In this document: positions 12,833 through 24,090 of the stretch, in pieces
Layout: every line of letters begins with the position of its first letter
Numbering within the stretch: position 1 is the first letter of the stretch
Translations under genes and position numbers: made by a program
The notes under the pieces: model-generated
The model's database searches: none
What the model was told of the DNA's origin: nothing
What the model saw: the letters and a program-made list of their open reading frames with translations, nothing else
Source of the DNA: Octopus bimaculoides
Lineage: Eukaryota
Length of the DNA: 64,000 bases
Direction of reading: 5' to 3'
Assembly: GCF_001194135.2 (NCBI RefSeq)
Contig: NC_068990.1
Location: 10,577,193-10,641,192, forward strand

Positions 12833-13480
12833 GTAAATCTGGTCTCATGACACATTTGATTTATTATCGCAAGGAGACTTTGGGAAAACCGGTGCTTCGA
12901 CATAGTAGTAGGTCGTCAGCCTAAAGCACACTAGACTACAGGAATCTAATGAGAATTTATATTTTATCTTACATCAACAAAGAAAATATTTGAACACGCG
13001 TTTTGATGAGTAGCAATCAATAACAGTTGAGCAATGTGAACAATATCGTTGCTATTATGTTAAACTGACGTGTGTCCAAATTTGGCCCAGTGTGTTATTT
13101 TTCAATATTTTTAATTGTAAAAGCCGGTTCTTTTGCCGGTTCTTTTGCTCATCGTGTGTGTTTGCATATGTGCGTCTATTTACCTTATATGTGCGTGTAG
13201 GCATACATCTACGTTTATATATATATATACGTAAATGTACATATGGGGGTAGGGGGTGTCTGTGTTTGCGTGTGTGTGTGTATATATAAGTGGAAAAAAG
13301 TCAAGGTAGAAAATGCTAAAATAATTTTATAAAAAACATTTCAGCACCGGTTTCAGTCATTGAGACTTCATCAACTGTAAGCATGGAAAAGAATTAAATT
13401 TTGGAAAAATTAAACGAAAAGTTTTTCAAGTCACTTTCATGGCACTTCACCATTTAACATCCTACTACTATCATAGCGTG

Positions 13481-13880
13481 CAGTCGAAATGGCACAGTGG
13501 TTAGGGCAGCGGACTCGCGGTCATAGCATCGCGGTTTCGATTGCCAGACCGGGCGTTGTGAGTGTTTATTGAGCGAAAACACCTAAAGCTCCACGAGGCT
13601 CCGGCAGGGGATGGTGGCGAACCCTGCTGTATTCTTTTCACCACAACTTTCTCTCACTCTTATTTCCTGTTTCTGTTGTACCTGTATTTCAAAGGGCCAG
13701 CATTGTCACACTGTGTCACGCTGAATATCCCCGAGAACTACATTAGGGGTACAAGTGACTGTCGAGTGCTCAGCCACTTGCAGGGTATTTCACGAGCAGG
13801 CTGTTCCGTTGATTGGATCAACACTAACCCTCGACGTCGTAAGCGACGGAGTGCCAACAACAACAACAACAACAACAACT
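13481..13880 (+). mobile_element. Near full-length tRNA-derived SINE (octopus OR-type) with (CAA)n tail
   Basis: A-box TGGCACAGTGG, GACTCGCG anticodon-like arm, B-box-like GGTTTCGATTGCC, tail ...gacggagtgcc(AAC)n. Confidence 0.88.
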
Positions 13881-13954
13881 CTCATAGCACTCCCGCACTA
13901 TTATCCTCCTCCTCCTCCTCCTCCTTCTTCTTCTTCTTCTTACTATCATCATCA

Positions 13955-13960
13955 TCATCA

Positions 13961-14027
<67 letters not shown>

Positions 14028-14644
14028 CATTTCATGTTTGACTTTTGTTTTGCATTTGTAAAAGTTGGATCCAAGTCTCACCCAGAGACCTCAAGAGACA
14101 AGGTAAAACTTCATGTAGGTGTTATGCCTAGGGTACCATATATTTGGATTTGTACATAGTGTTGTTCTAGAGAATGTTTAAGAAACCATAAGAAAAGTAT
14201 GTGTTTGTTTTAAAATTTGAGATCACATAGACAGTATTTTACGTAGGATATGGGCAGTTCCCATGAGCACTATCTTTTGAACTTCAGCCATTTTGGGGTT
14301 TCCTAGTATCTGAGCTAGGTAGTAATCAACCCGTTTCACTGTCATTCCCAGGGAACCTATGACAATCGGTATTGTTTTAGTCTTCATGTTCCACATTTTG
14401 ATAATTTCTATTTCAAGGTCTTTATATTTGCTCAGTTTTTGGTAGGTCTTGACAGATACGTTTATATCGATTGGGACAGTCATATCAATGAGGAGGTATG
14501 ATTGTTGTCTGAAGTGTTTCAGTATGATGTCTGGCCTATTTGCTTCTATCTTTCTGTCAGTTTGAATGATGATGTTCCAGAGGAGTGCGATGTGATCATT
14601 TTCAAGTAGTGGGGATGGTTTGTGTTCCCACCAGTTTTTTTTAA

Positions 14645-14733
<89 letters not shown>

Positions 14734-14755
14734 TATTATTATTAGTATTATTATT
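13955..14755 (-). mobile_element. 5'-truncated R4/Dong-clade non-LTR retrotransposon embedded in (TAA)n
   Basis: The minus strand reads (TAA)n, ORF, 3' UTR, (TAA)n. The ORF encodes the restriction-like endonuclease C-terminus. Confidence 0.88.
14223..14639 (-). CDS. Restriction-like endonuclease (PD-(D/E)xK) C-terminal fragment of an R4/Dong LINE ORF, no stops over 138 codons
   Basis: KNWWEHKPSPLLENDHIALLWNIIIQTDRKIEANRPDIILKHFRQQSYLLIDMTVPIDINVSVKTYQKLSKYKDLEIEI...IVIGSLG...LMGTAHILRKILSM*, with RPD...D...K/KY catalytic signature. Confidence 0.85.
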   Translation of the reverse strand, partial: KNWWEHKPSPLLENDHIALLWNIIIQTDRKIEANRPDIILKHFRQQSYLLIDMTVPIDINVSVKTYQKLSKYKDLEIEIIKMWNMKTKTIPIVIGSLGMTVKRVDYYLAQILGNPKMAEVQKIVLMGTAHILRKILSM

Positions 14756-14919
14756 CTGTGCTAAGAATTCACAACGACCTTGAGCCCACAGGAGTAAACA
14801 GGAGAGGGAGAGACAGACAGAAACAAGGAAAATGCCCCTCGTATTTGAATACTATGCAAATATTACTTTTTAAACTTATCATTTAATTTTCTAGCATTTC
14901 CTACCTTGACTTTCTTTTT

Positions 14920-15008
<89 letters not shown>

Positions 15009-15501
15009 AATGCGTGTGTGTGTGTATATATACATATGTGTGTGTATATATATATATACATGTATATATATATATATACATGTATATATATATATATATG
15101 CACGCACATATATATCTATATCTTTAGCAAATACATATATATATATTATTTATTTATTTATATGTATCAATTATGCTCTCTCACACACACACACATGCAG
15201 ACAGTGAAAGACAAAAACACAAGTATATATACATTACATTAACAAAGAAACACCCATTTTCGAAAATTTAGCCTAAAGCATCTCAACTCAAAATGGATAT
15301 CTATTTAGTTGAAGTGTCATCTGTTTTATATTCTAATGTCACTCTGTCCCAAAACAAGTACTATTATTTGAATTGTAGATTTATTTCCTATTTCATTACA
15401 CATATATCCATTCTCTTTTATGTAATATTTTTGTTTTCTTTACGTTCATTTCCTTTCATTCTCTATCTCATCCAAAGAAAATTGATACAGAAATTTATAT
15501 A

Positions 15502-16075
15502 TCCGAGGTCTGATCAATAAGTATCCGCTATCTGTTTCTGTAGTAACGAAGCTGATGCATGCAAAGTAAAACCGCTTGGCAAAGATTGACCTTGCTCTCT
15601 GCTGTGTATGTACGCTAAGTGTCAATGTTGCAGCTTGATTTAGCTATTCATAGCAGTGCTTTGAATAAAGGTGTGTAGTCTGTGATCGTTGCATTGATCA
15701 TGACAGAGAAAGTTGTCATGGTGATACCCGCTCAGACGTTTACGCAAAGCTGCAGAAAGTGTATAATGAGGGGTGTATGATCCGCACACATGTGTATGAG
15801 TGGTTCGGACGTTTCCAAGATGGCTCAATCAGAAGAACTGTGAAAAACACCGCAGATGTGGGTGCAGCTGTCGGTGGTCGAATCACCATCTATGAGATAT
15901 CAGAGGTTGTGCAGATTAGATACGGTTATGTCGTTTATCACTGAACATTTACGTATGACACGCATGTCTGCCAAGTTTCTGCGAAGATCACTTCCAGCTG
16001 ATCAAAAAGACACACGCATTTCAGTTTCGCAAAATCTTGATTGTGTCAAGAACGATGAAAACATTTTGAAAACTT
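15502..16075 (+). mobile_element. Decayed mariner transposon, left end plus HTH and linker
   Basis: TIR CGAGGTCTGATCAATAAGTATCC; GCMIRTHVYEWFGRFQDG; ITEHLRMTRMSAKFLRR (WVPR-linker equivalent). Confidence 0.9.
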
Positions 16076-16619
16076 TGTGTAGGCCTCTGAGGAGTTATTG
16101 GCAAGCTTTTGTAACAATTTACAAAGACATCCTGCCGAAGGCTAGAGGGCATATCAGCCGAAACATCGTGTTAACAACACACAATATGAGGACAAATATC
16201 CGTCTAATGTAAGTAATGAATATGCTTAAAGTAGTAAACCAACGAACAATACTCATTATAAATAGATTTTAAAAACATAATTTGAAGGTGTAAAGATTAA
16301 TAATGAAATAGTTGAGACAAGATTGAAAGCTCGTTGAAATCGAGGAAATGTAATGGAACAAATTACGTGTTTTTGTAAACATTTTACACGGAATTTTACA
16401 AATGTGTTTGGTCTTTGTTAATGGAAGAAAATTAATATATGTGAAATAAAGAAAACATTCAAGTATAATGTAACAGTATTTAACAAAAACGTATGCAATA
16501 ATTTTGAAATTCATACATACATACATAAGAAAATGAATATATTTTTGGAAATTCGTAATTACCATTATCACAAATGAAGAATTAGATAAATAAATAATAA
16601 TAACAATTACAAAGACAAC

Positions 16620-16812
16620 AAAACAACAGTATTGATAATGGTTTCAAATTTTGGCACAGGCCCTGGGTTCGATTATATCTGACCACTGTATATAACTGAT
16701 ACGTATTTTATCGACCTTAATGATGAAGTTATGCCGATCTCATCGGAATCTCAAATTCGAACGTGAAGACGAACGACATGCTTCTAAGCATTTTGCATAC
16801 CATGCTAACGAT
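16620..16812 (-). mobile_element. tRNA-derived SINE (family 2), decayed
   Basis: Reverse complement matches ...gaatcgttagca...aaatgcttag...gttc...aaattcc..., as at 17395 and 36160; ends ggtttcaaattttggcaca. Confidence 0.75.
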
Positions 16813-17394
16813 TTTGTAAACTCGTTGCCTGAAAAATAATAAGAACGATGGTAATGAATACGACGACGATGATGATGAGGATGATGATGATCCAAGAAAT
16901 CTACATGATGCTGGAAAAAGATGAATATCTTTGCTTTTCTGAAAAAGTAGTTTCCACAGTGTTGCAAGTGTAACTGAAATTCTATTCAATACTGAACGCC
17001 AGAGCAAAATGATATTAAATTTATATGCAGTGTACATCTAGCAAGCTCCATATGTTACATAGCTGATAACCTAGACCCCAAACTGAGTCGAGAATATCGT
17101 TAAAACCCTTTCCAGTTTTTTTCTCTTTGCACACAAATTTCGAACTGTTTGTTTACGTTACAATCGTCCATACACACAGTGTTTGTCTAAAATAAAATTG
17201 ACCTATATTACATTAAATAGTGAAATGAAAGGACACTTCATTTACATGTGCTTTATTATACCTGCTATAGTATGCGCACACATGTGTGTAAATATTCATA
17301 AAAATATGCACACACACACGCACGCATACACATACATGCAGACACACATACGCTCGCGCACGCACACACACAAAGCACAATATTATTTATAGGC

Positions 17395-17555
17395 AACAAG
17401 TCGGTGAGCTGGCAGAAACGTCGATCGAAATGCTTAGCGGTATTTCGTGTGTCTTTAGGTTCTGAGTTCAAACTTCGTCGAGGTCGACTTTACTTCTCAT
17501 CCTTTCGGGGTCGATAAATTAAACACCAGTTACACACTGGCATCGATCAAATGTA
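17395..17555 (+). mobile_element. tRNA-derived SINE (family 2)
   Basis: gtcggtgagctggcagaaacgtc...gaaatgcttagcggtatttcg...gttctgagttcaaacttcgtcgaggtcgacttt...cctttcggggtcgataaatt. Confidence 0.85.
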
Positions 17556-18274
17556 AAGATATTTGAAGTAATGCAGTAGGCATGGAAAGGAAAACCAGTG
17601 GTTTTAACAGTTATTCTAAACGTACTAATGGGCTCAGTATTGGTACACGTTTTATATGTTATAATCTTGTAATGTGCGAACAAAAACCAATTCACATTAA
17701 TACTTATTCTCTGAACATGGTCAAAATTTACGCACGAATAGAAATACTACCAAATATAAGCAAATGTATGTGTATTTGAGAGTGTGCGTGCGCGTCTGTG
17801 TGTGAGTATTACTCGCATAACACGATATGATTTTTTATCAATATTCTTCCTATTTTTTTTTTACCTATTTCATTAAGCTTCATTATAAATTCCCCAATTA
17901 AGAATTTTGAACTGTAAGTGATTTTAAAATTGAAATGTAGCTTGCTAGACTTATTCTCCATTTGTATCATCATTTAAAATTCCAGCATATAGCTTTTTAA
18001 TTAAATATGGAGTTTATATTTGGTGTACATGAAGGTTATGCTAATTGTGTAACGTTGTAAATTATATATTGAGCAGCGGTACAATATAGCTGAATTCAAT
18101 CAACTTCCATTTGATGACTTTTTGACGCTTCTTTTTGTGGGGTGGGTGGGTATTTTCCTGCAATGTTTGCATGAACGCGAATTTATTTCGGTGTTTTGCA
18201 TCACTATATGCAATAATCATAGCCGTCTAATTTCGGAGTGAATATGATTGGTTAGGCATTCTCTTCTTTCCTAG

Positions 18275-18288
18275 ATATGGAGGCGTAA
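18275..18288 (+). CDS. Candidate terminal coding exon (phase 1): (D)MEA*
   Basis: Strong acceptor cattctcttctttcctag|; would end the phase-1 chain. Short terminal ORFs after any AG are weak evidence. Confidence 0.25.
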
Positions 18289-19366
18289 TCTATGGTGCTG
18301 CTATCTTTTACACAGCTAGTTTTTTCATTGGTACCTGTATATTACTTCATGCATTAAATATTGTGATACCCATTTGATTCCGTTTCTCAAATGGCAGGTG
18401 TCAGCTTTCCAAAAATTCTATTTTTCTACTTCAAATATATCTCTCTCTATGCTTCATCTGCTACAATTTCCGCAAGACGCAACTAAATTGCATTTTATTG
18501 ATAAAAAATGAATAAAATAAAACATGAGCATGTCTCCATATATCTACTATATTTGCCATGCAAAAAAAACAAACCAATAATAATCACCAGGTAATATGTT
18601 TCCCATCAAAGTTTCCTTTCTATAAGTTTTAATTCTGCAAGCATTATGTAAACTGCCACCACTCAGTCCATTGGGTTTTCAATGCCTACGTATAGGTACT
18701 GTTTTTTTTTTTTTTTAATCTATGTGGGAAGCATCTCAGCATTCTACAACCCTGCTGCACATCACTAAAAGATACAAGTAAACCAAAGTTCTGTATAACG
18801 ACATTCTGTACAATGACCGTTTAACCACCTTTCAACAATGCGAAAATAAACAATAATATTTAATGAATCTCAAATAGTGCATCTGTTTGAATTGATAGAT
18901 GATGAATGATTAAATTCACGAAATATATTGAATTCATTAATGTTAATATTTGCTTTAGGTTATTCAGTTATATTTAAAAGTTGTTATGTTCGTCTTTGGC
19001 CATATACAGTGAGGTGTGTATAATTATCAATGTTTATTTCCATACAACTGTATAATTTCAGACAAACTTATATTTACACAGATATCCAATAGATAACAAC
19101 TGATATTCTAGAATGTGAGTTGAAGTTTAATTTCCTAAGTATTTTGCAGAAAGAGACAGAAAAATGTGTCCTTAGGTTTCAACTCTACATCTATTCTCGA
19201 GTTTACGCAACCATTTGTAGTTGGTTGCGAAGGTAGTTTGTCACACACACACACACACACACACACACNNNNNNNNNNNNNNNNNNNNNNNNNNNNNNNN
19301 NNNNNNNNNNNNNNNNNNNNNNNNNNNNNNNNNNNNNNNNNNNNNNNNNNNNNNTATATATATACA

Positions 19367-19545
19367 TACGACAAGTTGTTGAAAAGTTCCTCGCTTGATG
19401 GTATCGCGAAAGGGGTGACTGAAGGGCCGCTGAAGTAAGCTTGTTATTCTGAGAGGGGTATATTTTGAATACGATCGTAATAAACTGATCCTCCTGTATT
19501 TCCTTTTACCTCGAACCCAAGAACTTTTCAGCACTGCATCGCATA
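19367..19545. mobile_element. Mariner-derived MITE with imperfect TIRs
   Basis: Left TACGACAAGTTGTTGAAAAGTTCCTCG; right end reverse-complements to TGCGATGCAGTGCTGAAAAGTTCTTGG; TA-flanked. Confidence 0.7.
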
Positions 19546-20267
19546 TATGTTATTCCACAGATGCAATAGAGCAATTTCTAAGATCGTTTTGTAACACAGA
19601 ACAATTCTTATTGCTATTTACATTCAAAAGAATATGTAATTCTACCCGGTACCTAAGACTGAAAACTGAGCGTAACGTCATAAGTGATTATATATCTGAA
19701 GCATTCATTAATTATGTTTTAGCTTATTTTGCTGGTTTCAGTTTATATTCATATTTAACGACACATTCCAGCATAATACTTTGTTGTTTTTCTGCATATT
19801 CTTTATTAATTACGGTTATATAGTATATACTTTAACTATTCTTGTATTACCTGCATTGCTTATTACTTTTGTTCTTTGACACATTATGGTTTAGGAGAAA
19901 AATGAATGGGTTGTAATTTGTTGAATAGTACTAAGAGCAAGTATAATGTATTCAATATTGCGTCAGTAACTTAGTTTAGAGGAAGAATTAGTGTAGAACT
20001 ATCTGTAAAAGGAGAGGCTACTCTCTTTCTCTATTTTAATTTCCTGTTTAAGATTTCACGTAACATGGCAATGCATACATATTTATGCTAGAAATATATT
20101 TCATTTGGGCATTTGCTAAGTGGTTTTCGTTTATATCAGTATATTTCTGGTCTGCTACTGATAAATATTTACTGATAAAAGCAAGATTTTATTATCTTCA
20201 GGATATATTTCACTACATATCTACACATAAATTCGTTGATATTTCACTAATGCTCAAACACACACAC

Positions 20268-20340
<73 letters not shown>

Positions 20341-20634
20341 NNNNNNNNNNNNNNNNNNNNNNNNNNNNNNNNNNNNNNNNNNNNNNNNNNNNNNNNNNNN
20401 NNNNNNNNNNNNNNNNNNNNNNNNNNNNNNNNNNNNNNNNNNNNNNNNNNNNNNNNNNNNNNNNNNNNNNNNNNNNNNNNNNNNNNNNNNNNNNNNNNNN
20501 NNNNNNNNNNNNNNNNNNNNNNNNNNNNNNNNNNNNNNNNNNNNNNNNNNNNNNNNNNNNNNNNNNNNNNNNNNNNNNNNNNNNNNNNNNNNNNNNTATA
20601 TATATATATATATATATTCTTTTTATTTTTCCCC

Positions 20635-21005
20635 TTTTACTTGTTTTAGACAGTAGACTGCGGCTTTGTTGAGGCACGGCCTTCAATGACTCGACCCCCG
20701 TACTGCTGTTTGAAACCTGTTGATTATTCCTTTGATTTTTTTGCAGCATCTCTAGGTTGTAAGGAAGCAAACACACCAACACTTTTTGTTAATCTTTGAT
20801 GGGGAACACATAGACACAATGACACACAAAAACACATACATATTTCTACGACGGGCATCTTTCAGTTTCCGTCTACGAAATTCACTCCCATAGCTTTGGT
20901 CGGCTGGAGGATATACGAGAAGACACTTCCCTAAGGGGCTATGCAGGGTGGATTGAACCCGGAACCATGTTGTTGGGAAGCAAGATTTTCACCATACAGC
21001 CACAC
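20635..21005 (-). mobile_element. tRNA-derived SINE (family 3)
   Basis: ...tctttcagtttccgtctacgaaattcactc...gaagacacttccctaagg...ttgaacccggaaccatg..., homologous to 28630-29025. Confidence 0.85.
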
Positions 21006-21479
21006 CTAAATAAGTAAACAAAGTATTAACATTGTCCTATAACACTTGGCATGTTTTGAAGGAGGTACATGCACATTTAATAACAACTTGACAGTACTTC
21101 ACATACTTAAAGTTTTCCGCACCTCTGAGACTCAACACCTCTTCAGTTGCTTAGAGACGAATAAGTATTTTGAGAGAAATTCAAGATTGGTTTTAGGTTT
21201 AGGATCCAATTACCCAGCTGGAGTCACGAGGTAGAAATGCTATTAGGGAGACACATTTTTTCTAAGCAGTTTGAGCCATTATTTTTTTGTCAATGACATT
21301 GACCTCTCTCTAAAGCGACCCCGGCACTAACAAGGTACCCAATCACAGCATATCCATTCAGTGAATAGTTGCTGAGATTATTAGCTTTTATACGCTTAAA
21401 GATGAAACACAAAATATATTGGCCCTGTGCATGGACTAAGACCAACCAATCTCAAACTTATTCATGCACAAATTAAAAA

Positions 21480-21900
21480 CCAATCATATAAGTTTTTTCG
21501 AAGATTTCGGCTTAAATGTTTCCAATAAAATCATGGAAAACCTTAAGCGAAGCATGTCATAAACCGGCCTAAATCCTAATAATAGTATATACTTTGGAAC
21601 TCCAACCACACCCAGATGAAGTGAGATACATACCAGCAGGATATATGAAATATTAGTGATACATCCAAATCAAAAGCAATGGAACATATGAAACATCGCT
21701 TATAAGTTAGTGAACAACTATATTTCATTCCACAAATTGGAGTGAAATTCTGGAAGAGAAACATTAATCTGGTTCAATCCTCCATAAAGATATGCTTACC
21801 AAGATGTTTTGTGACCAAAATTGGAAACTTTTACAAATACATTCTAAACATGTTGATGCACATAAGAACAAATTTGGCTAGTGATATTTTGACAATATTG
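21480..21900 (+). mobile_element. Decayed Penelope-like retroelement (RT C-terminus and linker)
   Basis: With frameshifts it encodes FFEDFGL...SNH...KRNI/IWFNPP (21754-21784)...VTKIGNFYKYIL, resembling the PLE motif RNIIWFNPPYSxNVKTNIGKxFL. Confidence 0.7.
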
Positions 21901-23094
21901 CTTCCACACTTGAACGCTGCAATACAGAAAATGCGTACATACAGTCTCAAAACCCTACACCGAAACCTAAAGGCCAAAATCCTAAGAAAAGACAATCAGA
22001 GTTTGCGCTCCACGATATGACCCTCACACTATCCGATGGCATCATTGGTTAGTAAACATCATATTTACAAAGACATACAAGCAGCGGCAGCACTCGTCCA
22101 TGTGTAGTGACAGAGAAATGTATAATCAAATATGCGTTTCAACTGAAGATCGGGTAAAGGAGGAGCTGACATGAGGCTAGGTCTGACGATCGCCAACACA
22201 TGGTCCGTCAGGAACTGCATATAGTGCAAAAGCCTGTAGTATTCATCAACATGAAAATCAATTTATATCAATGTTTTCAACGATGATATTCCTGAATATA
22301 AATCTAAAAATACCCGCTGATGATACATGGAAAAGCAATTCTGGCTGTAATTGTCCTTCAGAGAAAATACGTACATACAGTCTCAAAACCCTAAGATTAT
22401 ATGTCCTCAATTTGCAATTAGCGTGTCTTAAAGAAAACGGTTAGAATTTATTCACATAGCTAATCTTGAGATGAAAATTTTATGTAAACATTCCCAAAAA
22501 TTATCTTGTCAAATATTACGTCTGAAAATGTTGGCGCAGGACGCTCAAATACTACAGACACTGATATACATCAAAGTAATAGAATGACGTCAGGCAAGAC
22601 AGATAGAGAACCAACCTTTTCAATATTATTGGGAGTCTTCTTCAAAGCGTGAAGTGATTATTGGAAACCGATATTATAGCACCAACAATCGATTTTAATA
22701 TTCTAAAGAATATTTGTCCTGAGATTGCGTATCCCAATTAATGTGGCCATATATTTGTGTCAAAATAATGTGGATTTCCGTGAGTTTTGTAGTAAATATT
22801 AGCAGATATACTCAAAGAGTTCAATATATGGTGGTTGTGAACAGCGTCTCGTTCACAAGAAAAAAGAATATATCAGGTCAGAAATGAATGAAGTGTATAA
22901 AATCGGATCTATTTATTTATACCTTCATTAGCAACGGGAGAACTCAATTCTTCCTTCAATGAGTATGGAGTAAAAGCAATCACATAAACACACACACACA
23001 CATATTTTTTCTCTTTCATCATCCCTTTATTCCATTGTTTCTGTCTTCTATGTCGTCATTTCATTAATCTATGCCCTTCTCCTTTTTCCTGTTT

Positions 23095-23150
23095 GTCTCC
23101 GATGACGGAATATCCCATACACTGAGATATCCCAGAAAAAGCTGTAATAC
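23095..23150 (+). ncRNA. Degenerate minimal type-I hammerhead ribozyme motif (Penelope-associated)
   Basis: gtct-CCGATGA-[cggaatatc...gatatccca stem II, 7/9 pairs]-GAAA-a-AGCT-g-TA-atac. There are substitutions in the core and in stems I and III. Confidence 0.5.
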
Positions 23151-23229
23151 TTTGATTTTTTTTCAAAAACTATTAATGTATGTGACTTGAGATATTTGCC
23201 CTGCCTTAGAGTTTGTTGTCCTCTTTAGC

Positions 23230-23274
<45 letters not shown>

Positions 23275-23637
23275 GTAAACGGAGTTTGCGGTTATAGTAA
23301 CCGACCAAGGGATAAAATATCCGTATATACTATCGGTATCCGTTATTTGTATTATCCCCGGGCAATGGTATGCAGGCACACCCTACACGTCGAGTTCAGA
23401 TAACAACAGGATAAGCAAGAGTTTATAAGGAACAGATGCAAATAATTAGAAAATGGAGAAAAGCACAGATTAACCAACACATCGGTTGGGCCACATTTAT
23501 AGGTTATTCTTTAATAGAATGTATGGCATAAAAAATAGGTGACGTAACATTTCTTACGGTAATTACTGATCAATTTGCCAAAATGCAGTCTATACATGAA
23601 TGATAAATGATAAGATGGAGGAAACGTTAATTGATGT

Positions 23638-24090
23638 GAGAAATAGGTAATAGATATGGGGTGGGGGGTCTACATTTAAAACTTATGAGAAGGGTAAGAG
23701 GAGGGGTTGGTTATTTAACTACCAACAAGAGCCACGGTTATTCCTAACAAGATGGACTATAAAAAGAGTAAGATATATAACCTGTATTATACTATTAGGA
23801 GCTACTATTATATGCTGAGCGGTTATAGGTACTATTAAGTGGTTGTAAGTATATCTAAGAAATAGGTAATATATATGGGTGGGCGGTAACATTTAAGAGA
23901 TAGGAAAAGTGAAAGAGGGTCTTTTTTTTAGTTATTTGACTACCAACAGGAAACACAACACAAAATATAGAACGTACAATAAAGACGTAACGTACACTAC
24001 AGATATATAACGTACAATAAACTATCAGGGGCTACTAACGATATGCTGTTGGACTATAAGTACATTTATGGTGCAGTAAAAGTATTTCTA
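23638..24090 (+). repeat. Degenerate tandem dimer, unit about 220-230 bp
   Basis: AGAAATAGGTAATAxATATGGG...TTATTTxACTACCAACA...ATATATAAC...ACTATxAGGxGCTACTA...AAGTATxTCTA occurs at 23638-23857 and again at 23858-24090. Confidence 0.75.

Noticed and set aside
13490-13560. tRNA-like sequence with A and B boxes
   Set aside because: There is no acceptor-stem closure, and it continues into a SINE body and tail, so it is a SINE head rather than a tRNA gene.
19375-19440. Exon-like DKLLKSSSLDGIAKGVTEGPL with a gtaagc donor
   Set aside because: It overlaps the left TIR of a mariner-type MITE.
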